Shown here: piece by piece, positions 63,731-64,000 of the stretch
Position numbering within the stretch: the stretch's first letter is position 1
How the letters are laid out: every line of letters begins with the position of its first letter
Source: Gracilinanus agilis
Taxonomy: Eukaryota
Reading direction: 5' to 3'
Assembly (NCBI RefSeq): GCF_016433145.1
Contig: NC_058131.1
Coordinates: forward strand, 571,734,130 to 571,798,129
DNA length: 64,000 nucleotides
Notes under the pieces: generated by a model
What the model was told of the DNA's origin: nothing
What the model saw: only the letters and a program-made list of their open reading frames with translations
The model's database searches: none
Translations under genes and position numbers: made by a program

Positions 63731-63948
63731 GGTGGGGGATGGGATTTATTCTTAACATAAAAAGCAAGAAAGTCACATGGCTGAGGGAGGGAGAGGGGGG
63801 AGTTGAGAGAGAAAGAGAGAGAGACTGATTCAGCAAGGCCAATGATAAGCCTTTCTAGAATCTTTTTTTTCCTCAGCTGACTTCCTCCTTTCTTCCTCAT
63901 CTTTATTAATTATCTTAGGCAAAATTTCAAGGAAGACAAAATACTTAC

Positions 63949-64000
63949 AGCAATGCTAACTTTCCCCAAGATCTGCTCAGGAATTCTTCCAGCTTTCTTA
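63949..64000 (-). CDS. MAP2K1: MAP2K1 exon 4 (3' part, truncated by the window edge)
   Basis: KKAGRIPEQILGKVSIA|gtaagt. Confidence 0.96.

Overview
This is vertebrate genomic DNA, almost certainly from a didelphid marsupial (opossum/Monodelphis-like), judged from the dominant ~190-bp tRNA-derived SINE1_Mdo-type repeat, the WALLSI/RTE/MAR1-type repeats and the strong CpG depletion. It is the syntenic ZWILCH - RPL4 - SNAPC5 - MAP2K1 block. ZWILCH exons 1-2 (-) lie head-to-head with a complete 10-exon RPL4 (+, 430 aa). A complete 3-exon SNAPC5 (+, 99 aa) follows, and then exons 4 (partial) to 11 of MAP2K1/MEK1 (-), whose ~28-kb intron 5 fills the last 45% of the window. All exons were placed by hand from splice sites and phase continuity. 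RPL4 introns host six C/D-box snoRNA units: two SNORD16/U16 copies (introns 1 and 3), three intact SNORD18/U18 copies (introns 2, 5, 7) and one decayed U18 (intron 6). The most interesting observations are four. (1) An extra U16 paralog in intron 1 with a compensatorily rewired internal stem. (2) RPL4 intron 3 has U12-type (minor spliceosome) signals and hosts U16. (3) A candidate unannotated 89-codon terminal exon with its own acceptor and poly(A) signal lies downstream of MAP2K1, in phase with exon 10. (4) Two young hAT MITEs with 8-bp target-site duplications. I found no evidence of a wholly new gene system. Repeat family names are from recall, not database searches, and repeat boundaries are approximate. 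There is a 335-nt N gap at 43687-44021.
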